Virus record (IMG/VR): IMGVR_UViG_3300027653_000026
Location: 1 to 41,858 of that record
DNA length: 41,858 nucleotides
Reading direction: 5' to 3' (one strand)
Origin: a virus
Lineage: Duplodnaviria; Caudoviricetes
The notes beneath the pieces are model-generated. The model was given only the letters and a program-made list of their open reading frames with translations. It made no database searches and was not told where the DNA came from. Of this stretch, positions 15,984 through 25,394 are shown one piece after another (the stretch's first letter is position 1; each line of letters opens with the position of its first letter). A program made the translations under genes and the position numbers.

Positions 15984-16412
15984 ATGGGAAAGATTAACTC
16001 ACGAAAAACAACAGTAGACGGGATCACTTTCGATTCCCAAACTGAATCGGAATTCTATAAGCATTTAATGGGGCGTGACGATGTGAAAGACATTGAGTTA
16101 CAGCCCCATTTTATATTAATGGACGAGTTTACAGTCAGTTGTGGGCGATGTGTGAAGGGTAAGGTGCCATCGCCTAAGACTGGAAACCCGATCAATTGTA
16201 GGACATGTAGAGGCACAGGTGAGAGGACAAGGCGACAGTGGAGTTACACAGCGGATTTCCGGATCATTTGGGATGAAGGACATGAGGACATTGTGGATGT
16301 TAAGGGATGGGCGAATGAACGATTTCCATTGGTGCGCAAGATGTTTGAGTATAGGCACGGTAAAGAGTTGTTAGTTGTTAAAAAACAGAAGAATGGGTGG
16401 AGATATGTGTGA
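15984..16412 (+). CDS. DUF1064-like PD-(D/E)xK nuclease with Zn-finger insertion
   Basis: VDGITFDS..E...LQP...YTADF...VDVKG; inserted CGRCVKG and CRTCRGTG. Confidence 0.8.
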   Translation: MGKINSRKTTVDGITFDSQTESEFYKHLMGRDDVKDIELQPHFILMDEFTVSCGRCVKGKVPSPKTGNPINCRTCRGTGERTRRQWSYTADFRIIWDEGHEDIVDVKGWANERFPLVRKMFEYRHGKELLVVKKQKNGWRYV

Positions 16413-16627
16413 GGACTAAATTCAAGTTCAATTTTAAAGATGGATCGAGTGCGTTTATAGATTACCCGGAAGATCTTAGTAGCAAATGGATTAGGCAGAT
16501 AGATGCGATGATTAATAATGGATTGAAGGATGGACGCACAATCACCTTAGCTAACGAAACTGATGTATTGAGGGTTAATTGCGCAAATGTTAGTCGCATG
16601 TCTATTGAGAGGTGGGAAGTCAAGTGA
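16409..16627 (+). CDS. Hypothetical protein
   Basis: GTGA overlap; GGAG RBS. Confidence 0.6.
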   Translation: MRTKFKFNFKDGSSAFIDYPEDLSSKWIRQIDAMINNGLKDGRTITLANETDVLRVNCANVSRMSIERWEVK

Positions 16628-16752
16628 AACATGAATTTCGCTGGGTACTAAGCAAGTACAGAAAAAACAAAGGTGGAGCAAGGCAGCCGGTTAAGCCTAG
16701 TAGATACTTTAAATACTTGAATAATATTGGTGCGGGATTTAAGGAGGAATGA
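16624..16752 (+). CDS. 42-aa basic hypothetical protein
   Basis: GTGA overlap, GAGGTG RBS. Confidence 0.45.
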   Translation: MKHEFRWVLSKYRKNKGGARQPVKPSRYFKYLNNIGAGFKEE

Positions 16753-16756
16753 GGGG

Positions 16757-17215
16757 GTGAAACCAATACTAGATGCATGTTGTGGGTCGAAGATGTTTTG
16801 GTTTGATAAAGATAACGAGGATGTTTTGTTTATGGATAATCGGGAGGTCGAAACAACTCTAGGCGATGGTAGGAAGCTAGAGGTTAATCCTGACATTGTC
16901 GCTGACTTTAGGGATATGCCACATGAAGACGAATCATTTTACTTAGTTGTATTTGATCCACCGCACCTAATTAATGCAGGAGACAATTCTTGGTTAGCTC
17001 AAAAATACGGCAAGCTAGATGATTTATGGCCACATGATATTAGGCAAGGGTTTAATGAGTGTATGAGAGTCTTAAAACCCAATGGAACACTTGTATTCAA
17101 GTGGAATGAGGAACAAGTCCCTTTATCAGAAGTATTAGAAGCTATAGATTACAAGCCATTGTTCGGTAATCGCAGGAGCAAAACTCACTGGCTTGTATTT
17201 ATGAAAACCAAATAA
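16757..17215 (+). CDS. Orphan SAM-dependent amino-DNA methyltransferase (m6A/m4C type)
   Basis: ILDACCGS motif I, VFDPPH motif IV, RVLKPNG. Confidence 0.85.
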   Translation: MKPILDACCGSKMFWFDKDNEDVLFMDNREVETTLGDGRKLEVNPDIVADFRDMPHEDESFYLVVFDPPHLINAGDNSWLAQKYGKLDDLWPHDIRQGFNECMRVLKPNGTLVFKWNEEQVPLSEVLEAIDYKPLFGNRRSKTHWLVFMKTK

Positions 17216-17247
17216 AGTCGAGGTCATCATTACAGAGGGGGAGTTCA

Positions 17248-17685
17248 TTGATAATCGCAATTGAACCAACAAGATCAACAATTAAAAGAATGGAAGAGGA
17301 ATGGACAAACTACTTTGACACTCTAGAAGAGATCGCAAAGTTACGCCAAGGAATCATGTATCCATACGATAAGCACCCAGACGAAAATATGGGCGGTGGC
17401 TCTAACAGTGTGCGGGATATAACAGATCCTACCGCAAGTATGGCAGGTAGATTATTTGCGAATAAACAACTTAATCATCTGACTGAAATAGTTGAGGCGA
17501 TTGAAAAGGTCTATAATGCGCTGCCAAACGAATACAAGGAGTTAGTACGGGTTAGGTATTGGAGGCATAACAACAAGTTAACATGGGATGGGGTAGCCAT
17601 GAAGATATACACGAGTAGGAGACAGGCGCTTTATTGGAGAGATGAAATAATGCAAGCAACCATCGAGATATTGGGTTGGAGATAA
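17248..17685 (+). CDS. RinA/ArpU-like late transcriptional activator
   Basis: Last early gene; DPT motif; C-terminal ELVRVRYW...TWDGVA...R HTH. Confidence 0.8.
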   Translation: MIIAIEPTRSTIKRMEEEWTNYFDTLEEIAKLRQGIMYPYDKHPDENMGGGSNSVRDITDPTASMAGRLFANKQLNHLTEIVEAIEKVYNALPNEYKELVRVRYWRHNNKLTWDGVAMKIYTSRRQALYWRDEIMQATIEILGWR

Positions 17686-17690
17686 CAAGT

Positions 17691-17850
17691 TTGCACTATT
17701 CGCTCTCTAATCTGTTGTATTATAGTATTATGGGATGGTGAACATTCCACATGCGACGGAAATCGCATAATACTTTTCACAATATATAGTTAATGTTCTA
17801 ACAAACGATACTATATACGGCGCTCTATTTAATTGTAGGGCGCTATTTTT
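17691..17850 (+). promoter_or_regulatory. Probable late promoter, twin-hairpin leader and terminator
   Basis: TTGCAC (17691) ... TATTAT (17718), 21-bp spacing; hairpins 17731-17749 and 17751-17768; gcgctcta/tagggcgc + T tract at 17820-17850. Confidence 0.55.
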
Positions 17851-17907
17851 ATACACAATATACGGGCGTAAGATGGGCGGACGTAAAACAGGCGGGGGAT
17901 TACGTAA

Positions 17908-19128
17908 ATGAGAATTAATTGGAATAACGAAAAAGAAAATTATTTACTTAAACTTAGAAAAGATAAATACACATGGGAAGACACGTATAAAATGATGTCC
18001 AAAGAGTTTGGCGGTAATTTTACTTTGGAATCATGCAGGAATAAATACAGGTCATTGCGGGATAGTGGGGTTATCAATATTAAACCAAAAGATGAGCCAA
18101 AGCCGTACAAGGAAGAAATTAAGATGCTGCAGGATGGATCACATACATCTGATAAGCTAATTGAGCTATCGGAAGAAGAAATGAAAGATAAGGATGCGGT
18201 GTTGCTTGCCCACGGATATAGTCCTGATGAATGGGAATTGACATCTAGCCAATCCAGTATGTGGAATCATTTCAATAAAGAGATGGATAGTCCAAGGATT
18301 ATGTACGCTAGCAAGATTAAGGCGAAACCTAAAACAGACGGATTCAATTTGGATGAGCTGCTAGAAACAATTAAAAACATTGAACCTATTAATATTGAAA
18401 TACCTAAATATAAAATTAAACATAAGCAATTGTTGGAGATTAGTTTATTCGATCAACATTTCGGGATCAACAACTATGAAGACTACAAAGAAACACAATC
18501 AAAAGTTAGTGAGTTGATAACTTCTAGAGTGTGGGAGCAGATAGTAATAACGGTCGGTTCGGATATGCTTCACCATGATTCGTTTACTAATACTACGGTG
18601 AGTGGGACTGAAATTGAGCATGTGGATATGGTACAAGCGTGGGAAGATGCGAGAATGTTCTACCAACCTTTGATTGATAGAGCACTACTAAACTCTAACG
18701 ATGTAAAGGTAGTGTACATCTGTGGAAATCATGATCAGAGCATGTCGTGGTCGTTTTCTAAGATGTTAGAGGCTATGTATCCGCAAGCTACATTCGATGT
18801 AGAACTACAGGAACGCAAGGTACACACATTTGAAAATATATTCATTGGTTATGCACATGGCGATAAACGACCTAAGCAAATACCTAGTTTGTTTCCTGCT
18901 GAATTCCCTAAAGAATGGGCAGGAGCAAAGACCAGGGAATTGCATTTGGGCCATTACCACCATCAGATTGACTCTGTAAAGGATCAGTTTGGAATGACTA
19001 CAAGAACACTATCGACTGGTGGGAAGACGGATTCTTGGCATCAGGATATGGGGTTCGTTGGAGCGCATAAACGTTTCATGGTATTTGAATATACTACAGA
19101 TGAACTAGTAGGAATCCATTACGTATAG
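17908..19128 (+). CDS. Calcineurin-like metallophosphoesterase with N-terminal Myb/HTH-like domain
   Basis: DQHFG, GSDMLH, GNHD, HGD, GHYH motifs. Confidence 0.85.
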   Translation: MRINWNNEKENYLLKLRKDKYTWEDTYKMMSKEFGGNFTLESCRNKYRSLRDSGVINIKPKDEPKPYKEEIKMLQDGSHTSDKLIELSEEEMKDKDAVLLAHGYSPDEWELTSSQSSMWNHFNKEMDSPRIMYASKIKAKPKTDGFNLDELLETIKNIEPINIEIPKYKIKHKQLLEISLFDQHFGINNYEDYKETQSKVSELITSRVWEQIVITVGSDMLHHDSFTNTTVSGTEIEHVDMVQAWEDARMFYQPLIDRALLNSNDVKVVYICGNHDQSMSWSFSKMLEAMYPQATFDVELQERKVHTFENIFIGYAHGDKRPKQIPSLFPAEFPKEWAGAKTRELHLGHYHHQIDSVKDQFGMTTRTLSTGGKTDSWHQDMGFVGAHKRFMVFEYTTDELVGIHYV

Positions 19129-19138
19129 GAGTGATTAC

Positions 19139-19207
19139 ATGACACCTGGCGCAATCCTGTCAGTATTGATTATAGTGTTTTGTATGATGGTCCTGGTGAG
19201 TGATTGA
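19139..19207 (+). CDS. 22-aa hydrophobic peptide
   Basis: AGGAGTGA RBS; MTPGAILSVLIIVFCMMVLVSD. Confidence 0.5.
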   Translation: MTPGAILSVLIIVFCMMVLVSD

Positions 19208-19226
19208 CTAGTGTGGAGGTGTTGGC

Positions 19227-19340
19227 ATGGAAAAGTGGCACACATTTAACTTGTTCTTTCTTCAGTTTTCAATATCGATACTGATAATCGGCTTAGTGTT
19301 AAGTGTAATTAAAGATATATGTAAATTCTTTAAACGTTGA
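19227..19340 (+). CDS. 37-aa single-TM peptide with basic C-terminus
   Basis: GGAGGTG RBS; MEKWHTFNLFFLQFSISILIIGLVLSVIKDICKFFKR. Confidence 0.6.
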   Translation: MEKWHTFNLFFLQFSISILIIGLVLSVIKDICKFFKR

Positions 19341-19439
19341 CACACCGCCATTAAATGCCACCTCTTCACGGGGTGGGTACTTGATATATTTTTCCAAGTA
19401 TAGGATACTAGACATAATAAATATTAGGGGGTATCAAAT

Positions 19440-19964
19440 ATGAGGAAGATATTCATTTTAATGTTTTTGGCAATCATCACATTTGGGTTAACAGCATGCG
19501 GGGAAGAGGCGACAGAAAAAGAGGTAGAGTCAGTGGGAGCTAGTGGTAAGGAAGACAAGGAAGAGGAAGCCGATGCAGAGGATGCGACAAGTGAAAAAGA
19601 AGAAGTCGGCGAAGTTATTGCAGATGACGATCACATTAAAGCAACCTTGGTGAGTGTGGAACACATAGAGGATGAAACGTTTGACGAAGAGCTTTACGAG
19701 GTTAACATCGAACTAGAGAATAAAACAGATGAAACACTAGAGGTGCAAGCAAACGAAGTATCTATTGATGGAACAATGGTAGATGACTTGGTATTCTTTA
19801 GCGAAACAGTAGCTGGTGGCAAGAGTTCGAATGGAGTCTTAACGATCCAAAACTATGACGGCGATTTACCAACAATGGATAATGACATAGAATTTATACT
19901 AAGCATTCTTAATGAAGAAACTTTTGAGACAATCGCAGATCATGACGTAAATGTAGAGTTTTAA
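19440..19964 (+). CDS. Acidic lipoprotein (moron)
   Basis: Signal peptide with LTAC lipobox; E/D-rich linker and beta-rich domain; own terminator. Confidence 0.85.
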   Translation: MRKIFILMFLAIITFGLTACGEEATEKEVESVGASGKEDKEEEADAEDATSEKEEVGEVIADDDHIKATLVSVEHIEDETFDEELYEVNIELENKTDETLEVQANEVSIDGTMVDDLVFFSETVAGGKSSNGVLTIQNYDGDLPTMDNDIEFILSILNEETFETIADHDVNVEF

Positions 19965-19981
19965 TTTAAAGGTAAGTTTAT

Positions 19982-20006
19982 AGACATCCTAGCGGGTGTC
20001 TTTTTT
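19982..20006 (+). terminator. Intrinsic terminator
   Basis: agacatcc-tagc-gggtgtct + T run. Confidence 0.8.
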
Positions 20007-20031
20007 ATTATGACTAAGGAGATGAGTGTTA

Positions 20032-20175
20032 ATGTTGACTTATAGATTAAATGAAGTTGAGAAGATTAATTGTGAGGCAGAGAGAGACTTTGCTAGATTA
20101 ACGGATCAGGCAAGGGCTATGGGCGAAGCAGTGAGGCAAGGGGGCGATGTAATTGGAAAGACCAACAATGATTGA
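20032..20175 (+). CDS. 47-aa hypothetical protein
   Basis: AAGGAG RBS. Confidence 0.5.
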   Translation: MLTYRLNEVEKINCEAERDFARLTDQARAMGEAVRQGGDVIGKTNND

Positions 20176-20368
20176 TGCGTTCGATGAGGAGCAACAACAA
20201 GAAATTATTGAATCGGTAGCAAGGCACGCATTGGGATCAGAACAATTTGTTAAGATTGCAAAACTAAGTGGTGAGCTAGGAGATAGAGGCTTAAGTGTAG
20301 AGAAAATCCTTGGTGATATTATGAATAAGATTGAGAAGGGCAGTTACCAGGGTATAACGATGAAATAG
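20153..20368 (+). CDS. Hypothetical protein
   Basis: TTG after AAGGGGG. Confidence 0.6.
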   Translation: MERPTMIDAFDEEQQQEIIESVARHALGSEQFVKIAKLSGELGDRGLSVEKILGDIMNKIEKGSYQGITMK

Positions 20369-20384
20369 CAACAGTTATTTGATG

Positions 20385-20415
20385 AAGCACTTACTTAATC
20401 GTAGGTGCTTTTTTT
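20385..20415 (+). terminator. Intrinsic terminator upstream of terS
   Basis: aagcacttac-ttaatc-gtaggtgctt + T run. Confidence 0.8.
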
Positions 20416-20438
20416 ATTGGAGGTGCAGGTGAAATGAC

Positions 20439-20942
20439 ATGAGTACAAAAAGAAGACTGACAGTTAAACAACAGGCATTCGCTGACTATTACATTGAGAC
20501 AGGCAACGCTACACAGTCGGCAATTAGGGCAGGATATAGTAAGAAGACGGCTGCTGTCATCGGCTCCGAAAACATTATAAAACCTAATATAAAAGAGTAC
20601 ATCAATGACAAGTTAGAGGAAATGGCTTCTAAACGCATAATGAGTGCCCGGGAAGCGCTAGAGTTACTAACCGGCATTGCTAATGGGGAGGTTACGGACA
20701 ATGTCGTAGTAAGCGGTGGGTGGGGTTATGAGGTCATAGACAAGCCACCTGATATAAACCAACGCAAGGATGCAGCCAAAGAGTTGTTGAAGCGTTACGC
20801 GGTAAGTAGGAATGACGAATTAAGAGATGAGATGCTAGAGGCACAAATCAAGAAGCTACAGAAGGATCTTGAAACAGAATCAAGCACAGAGGATAAACTA
20901 CAAGAATACTTTGACAAGTTAGATGGTGCTTTTGATGAATAA
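20439..20942 (+). CDS. terS: Terminase small subunit
   Basis: LTVKQQAFADYYI..GNATQSAIRAGYSKKTA. Confidence 0.92.
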   Translation: MSTKRRLTVKQQAFADYYIETGNATQSAIRAGYSKKTAAVIGSENIIKPNIKEYINDKLEEMASKRIMSAREALELLTGIANGEVTDNVVVSGGWGYEVIDKPPDINQRKDAAKELLKRYAVSRNDELRDEMLEAQIKKLQKDLETESSTEDKLQEYFDKLDGAFDE

Positions 20943-22182
20943 ACTAGATGCGATTTACACAAAGAAACAGCAAGACATTTATCATCGTTGCATAAACGGT
21001 GATTTTTTTATGCTTATTAATCACGGTGCAAAACGTACAGGTAAGACAATATTGAACAATGACCTTTTTTTAAGAGAGTTGTTAAGAGTGCGCAAAAATG
21101 CCGATTTGTTAGGTATAGAAAAGCCTATGTACATTGTTACTGGTGCAACACTAGGAACTATACAGAACAACGTATTGAACGAGATTTATAACAAATATGG
21201 CCTAGAGTTTAAGTTTGATAAGTTTAACAATTTTATGCTATTTGGTGTCTACTGCATACAAGTGGGACATTCCACTATTGCACACCTTGAGAAAGTCAGA
21301 GGGATGACGTCATTCGGCGCATATGTTAACGAGGCATCACTGGCGCATGAAGAAGTATTTGACGAGATAAGGTCGCGTTGTAGTGGTGAGGGTGCACGAA
21401 TACTTGTGGATACAAACCCGGATCATCCGGAACACTGGTTGCTAAGGGATTATATACAAAATGATGACGAAAGCATTATATCGTATTCATTTCACTTGGA
21501 TGACAACACATTCCTGTCTGATAGATACAGAAACAACATGAAGAACACTACGCCGAGTGGCATGTTTTACGAACGCAACATCCAAGGATTGTGGGTAAGT
21601 GGTGACGGAGTAGTTTACAAGGACTTTGATAAGACTGCTCATTCAGTCACACGGGAGCATATAGGTAGCATTGAATTTGATAGATATATAGCGGGCGTTG
21701 ACTGGGGATTCGAACACCACGGCTCTATTGTTGTCGTAGGTGTAAAGGGAGATAGGCGCTATGTGGTAGAAGAACATGCCAAGCAACATACCGATATAGA
21801 CGATTGGGTGATTATCGCTAAAGATGTTAAGTCAAGATATGGCGATATCCCCTTTTATTGCGATAGTGCGAGACCTGAATATGTTTACAGATTTAAACAA
21901 GAGAAACTCAATGCGATGAACGCTAACAAGAAAATCATGCTAGGTATAGAAACGGTTGCCAAGTTAATGAAGGGCAACAACTTTTACATTGCTTATGATG
22001 ACTGCCCTAGATTCAGGCAGGAGATATACAAATACATTTGGCACAAAACGAAGGACGAGCCTAAGCAAGAGTTTGACGACGTCCTTGATTCTATTAGGTA
22101 TGCAATATTAAGCGACATAACAATCGGCTTAAGAGTGCCTAAGAAAGAAAAATACGAAGCACTTAAAACACTAGGTTTATAG
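20923..22182 (+). CDS. terL: Terminase large subunit (PBSX/SPP1-like; start may be 20935)
   Basis: GAKRTGKT Walker A, YVNEA, DTNPD, GVDWG, CDSARP, DDVLDSIRYA. Confidence 0.93.
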   Translation: MVLLMNKLDAIYTKKQQDIYHRCINGDFFMLINHGAKRTGKTILNNDLFLRELLRVRKNADLLGIEKPMYIVTGATLGTIQNNVLNEIYNKYGLEFKFDKFNNFMLFGVYCIQVGHSTIAHLEKVRGMTSFGAYVNEASLAHEEVFDEIRSRCSGEGARILVDTNPDHPEHWLLRDYIQNDDESIISYSFHLDDNTFLSDRYRNNMKNTTPSGMFYERNIQGLWVSGDGVVYKDFDKTAHSVTREHIGSIEFDRYIAGVDWGFEHHGSIVVVGVKGDRRYVVEEHAKQHTDIDDWVIIAKDVKSRYGDIPFYCDSARPEYVYRFKQEKLNAMNANKKIMLGIETVAKLMKGNNFYIAYDDCPRFRQEIYKYIWHKTKDEPKQEFDDVLDSIRYAILSDITIGLRVPKKEKYEALKTLGL

Positions 22183-22192
22183 GAGGTGTAGC

Positions 22193-23590
22193 ATGAGGTT
22201 TTCAAAGCAAGCAAACGAGCATTACAGATTTACCAACGCAGAAGATCTATTAAACGACACAGAGGCAATAGCTGAACTAATTGAGCATCACAAGAATAAT
22301 CAACGACCACGATTAAAGACATTGCGCGAATACTATAAGGGGAACAACGCAGGCATATTGGTTGATAAACGCAGACGAGAAGAGCACTTAGCAGACAATA
22401 GGGCAACTCATAACTTTGCCAAGTATGTCAGTCAGTTCATCCAGGGTTACATGATGGGTGTTCCTTTGAAAACGACTTATCCAAATGAATCAGTAGACGA
22501 GCAAATACGCGACATCAATAGAGATAACGATGCTGATGAACATAATAGCGAGTTAGTCCTAGACCAATCTATCTACGGTAGAGCCTACGAGATGCTGTAC
22601 CGTGGCAGTGACGACAAGACGAGGTTCACAGCATTATCTCCACTTGATACATTCGTTATCTATGATGACACCGTAGAGTTTAAGCCTATAGCTGCCATAC
22701 GCTACATTGGTAGGCAGTACAAAGAAGAGTTGGACGTTTACTTATACACTGATAAAGTCATAAAGGAATATGAGCTAGGCGAAGACGGGGAACTGGAAAC
22801 AAAAGAAGAGTTGAATCATTTCTTTGGTGGCGTACCAGTTATCGAATATGAGAACAACAAGTATAGACAAGGTGACTTTGAGGACGTCATGACACTGATT
22901 GATCTGTACGATGCGGCACAGTCAGACACGGCTAACTACATCCAAGATTTGAACGATGCAATGCTCGTTATAATGGGCAACCTCGATATTGACGAAGAGA
23001 AAGCCAAATACATGAAAGATCATAATCTGTTGTTCTTGCAAACCGAACCTAACGCAGATGGGAAAGAAGGGAGTGCTGATGCTAAGTACATCTATAAACA
23101 ATATGATGTGCAAGGGGCAGAGGCATATAAGGATCGTATATTTAACAACATTCTATTATTTACGAGCATACCCAACTTGTTGGATGACAAACAAGGTGCG
23201 GGGCCTCAATCGGGTGAAGCACTAAAGATGAAGTTATTCGCTCTCTCTCAAAAGCGAGCAACTAAGGAACGACTATTCAAACGTTCATTACGTGATAGAT
23301 ACAGGCTGATCAATAACATGATGTCAATGGCTGCAGAAGGTAGCTTTGATGTAAATGAGATCTTAATCACGTTTACAGAGAATTTACCTAGCATGATCGG
23401 AAGGGATTTAGAGTGGTTCATAAAAGCAGGTGGGCGACTATCACAAAAAACACTCATAGCTAACTTGCCATTTGTAGAGAATGCAGATGAGGAATTAGAG
23501 CAGATAGAGGAAGAAGATCTGCAATCACAAGCGGGTAAGAGCATGTATGATTTTGAGGAGGATGGAAGCGATGAGTCTATTGAAGCTTAA
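22193..23590 (+). CDS. Portal protein (SPP1 gp6-like)
   Basis: YYKG...NFAKY...YGRAYE...LIDLYD...SGEALKMK; follows terL. Confidence 0.92.
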   Translation: MRFSKQANEHYRFTNAEDLLNDTEAIAELIEHHKNNQRPRLKTLREYYKGNNAGILVDKRRREEHLADNRATHNFAKYVSQFIQGYMMGVPLKTTYPNESVDEQIRDINRDNDADEHNSELVLDQSIYGRAYEMLYRGSDDKTRFTALSPLDTFVIYDDTVEFKPIAAIRYIGRQYKEELDVYLYTDKVIKEYELGEDGELETKEELNHFFGGVPVIEYENNKYRQGDFEDVMTLIDLYDAAQSDTANYIQDLNDAMLVIMGNLDIDEEKAKYMKDHNLLFLQTEPNADGKEGSADAKYIYKQYDVQGAEAYKDRIFNNILLFTSIPNLLDDKQGAGPQSGEALKMKLFALSQKRATKERLFKRSLRDRYRLINNMMSMAAEGSFDVNEILITFTENLPSMIGRDLEWFIKAGGRLSQKTLIANLPFVENADEELEQIEEEDLQSQAGKSMYDFEEDGSDESIEA

Positions 23591-23723
23591 GTATCATCAA
23601 GTCATGTATAGAATCCACTTCTGCTTGTTTGGTTACAGGTCTGTTAGGGTAGGCAAGCACTTACTGTATGCAGCTATACACAAGCTTGAAAGAGAGACAA
23701 TAGAAAATTCTAAAAAGCGGTGA
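23571..23723 (+). CDS. 50-aa basic hypothetical protein
   Basis: GAGGAGG RBS; fills portal-gp7 gap. Confidence 0.5.
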   Translation: MSLLKLKYHQVMYRIHFCLFGYRSVRVGKHLLYAAIHKLERETIENSKKR

Positions 23724-23728
23724 TTTAA

Positions 23729-24643
23729 TTGTCATACTGGCGCAAACGTGAAGAAGAAAACAGAAAGCGTCTCATAAAGAGCAACAAGAAATTTATGCGC
23801 GAACTCAATAAGAACCACATCAACGCTATGAAGGATATACAGAAAGAAGTCGATGCATTTTATGGTAGATACGCATCTAAAGAAGGGATCACAATGGAGC
23901 TTGCCAGGCAGAGAGTGACTAAGATCAACATTGAAGATTACGCTGCTAAGGCCAAGCGATATGTGAAAGAAAAGAACTTCACACCAACAGCTAATGAAGA
24001 GATGCGCTTATACAACGTTACAATGCGCATAAACCGACTGGAGCTATTGAAGAAGAATATTGAGTTGGAACTGTTGGCGCTGTACTCGAATGAGGAAGTA
24101 ATGATATTAGACCACTTTACAAAAGAGGCCCTATATGAGTATGAACGATTATCAGGGATATTGGGTGTTACGGTATCTAGTCGAAAGAAAGCACTAGAGA
24201 GCTTGATCAATTCATCGTTTAAAAATGCCACATGGTCAACTAGACTGTGGGACAATCAGGACGCACTAAAGCTATCGCTAAACAGAGAACTGAATCGGGC
24301 GATGATGCAGGGGTTGAATTCGAAAGATACAGCTAAGGTCATACGCGACCAATTCGGCGCAAGTGTGGAGAATTCAGAGCGATTAATGGTAACTGAACAG
24401 GCTAGGATAAGAACACAGATATTTGAGGACTCTGCTAAACAGATGGGCTTTGAGGAGTACGAGTATTTAGCAGAACCCACAGCATGCGACATATGCGCTG
24501 ATTTAGATGGTCAGATATTTAAGTTGAAAGATATGGAAATAGGAGTCAATGCATGTCCTATGCATCCCAGATGTATGTGCGCGCACGCCAATCATATGGA
24601 TCGCGACGAATGGGACGAGGACTTAAAAGCGAGGGGGTTGTAA
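23729..24643 (+). CDS. Minor head protein (SPP1 gp7/MuF family)
   Basis: YWRKRE start; RLMVTE; CDIC..LDG...PMHPRCMC. Confidence 0.9.
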   Translation: MSYWRKREEENRKRLIKSNKKFMRELNKNHINAMKDIQKEVDAFYGRYASKEGITMELARQRVTKINIEDYAAKAKRYVKEKNFTPTANEEMRLYNVTMRINRLELLKKNIELELLALYSNEEVMILDHFTKEALYEYERLSGILGVTVSSRKKALESLINSSFKNATWSTRLWDNQDALKLSLNRELNRAMMQGLNSKDTAKVIRDQFGASVENSERLMVTEQARIRTQIFEDSAKQMGFEEYEYLAEPTACDICADLDGQIFKLKDMEIGVNACPMHPRCMCAHANHMDRDEWDEDLKARGL

Positions 24644-24644
24644 A

Positions 24645-24908
24645 ATGAGTAAAACAGTATCTATAACTAAAGAAAATATATCTAGGACTAGAGGGCATGT
24701 GGGAGACAACATCACACAGGTAGATATCCAATTCACTTTGATAGGCCAAGCGAGAGAGGTTGAGGATGGATTTATTAAGCATTTAGACAAGTTTGTTAGC
24801 GACTTTAATGATGCGCTTGATCCGAATAAGGAGCTACGAGTGGCAGCCGGGCAGATCGCACAGACACATTGTGAGGACGAGCCAATCAGGCCAGAGGTAA
24901 GCAAATAA
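24645..24908 (+). CDS. Hypothetical protein
   Basis: GAGGGGG RBS. Confidence 0.65.
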   Translation: MSKTVSITKENISRTRGHVGDNITQVDIQFTLIGQAREVEDGFIKHLDKFVSDFNDALDPNKELRVAAGQIAQTHCEDEPIRPEVSK

Positions 24909-24920
24909 AAGGAGGCGTTT

Positions 24921-25394
24921 ATGATGGTAACAATCAATACAGACGAACTAATCGGTTACATTTTACGCAAAACGGGCGATGATTATCATTTAGATTACGA
25001 AGAGGTTCAGGCGGTACTTGATAGCGAGCTTGAGTTCTTAAAGTCAAAGGGATTGACTGAAGAGCGCGAGGATACAGGTATATATTTAAATGAGGGATGG
25101 TTGAGTGGCGAAATTAAGGAGCTTGAAGTAGTAGGTGTGGGGTCGTTTCATAATGAAAATGGTCAGAATATCAAGCTTAATGACAGGGAGTTAGTATGCA
25201 ACTCCCGCCTTATGAGGCAGAACCACAGCAGTAGTGCGATTGTCAGTTTAAGGAATAAATTAACTCATGAATTTAAGTTGACGTACAGTGACCACTCATT
25301 AATTAGGGGCACATTGACATTTTCGTCAGTCGGGTCGGATGGGTTCGTTATGCAGATAATCACAAAACATTACAGAATGATTCCTAAACCATGA
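24921..25394 (+). CDS. Hypothetical protein
   Basis: AAGGAGG RBS. Confidence 0.7.
   Translation: MMVTINTDELIGYILRKTGDDYHLDYEEVQAVLDSELEFLKSKGLTEEREDTGIYLNEGWLSGEIKELEVVGVGSFHNENGQNIKLNDRELVCNSRLMRQNHSSSAIVSLRNKLTHEFKLTYSDHSLIRGTLTFSSVGSDGFVMQIITKHYRMIPKP

Noticed and set aside
17686-17907. tRNA gene in the largest late intergenic gap
   Set aside because: No cloverleaf or T-loop GTTCRA motif; no tRNA or rRNA recognised anywhere in the window
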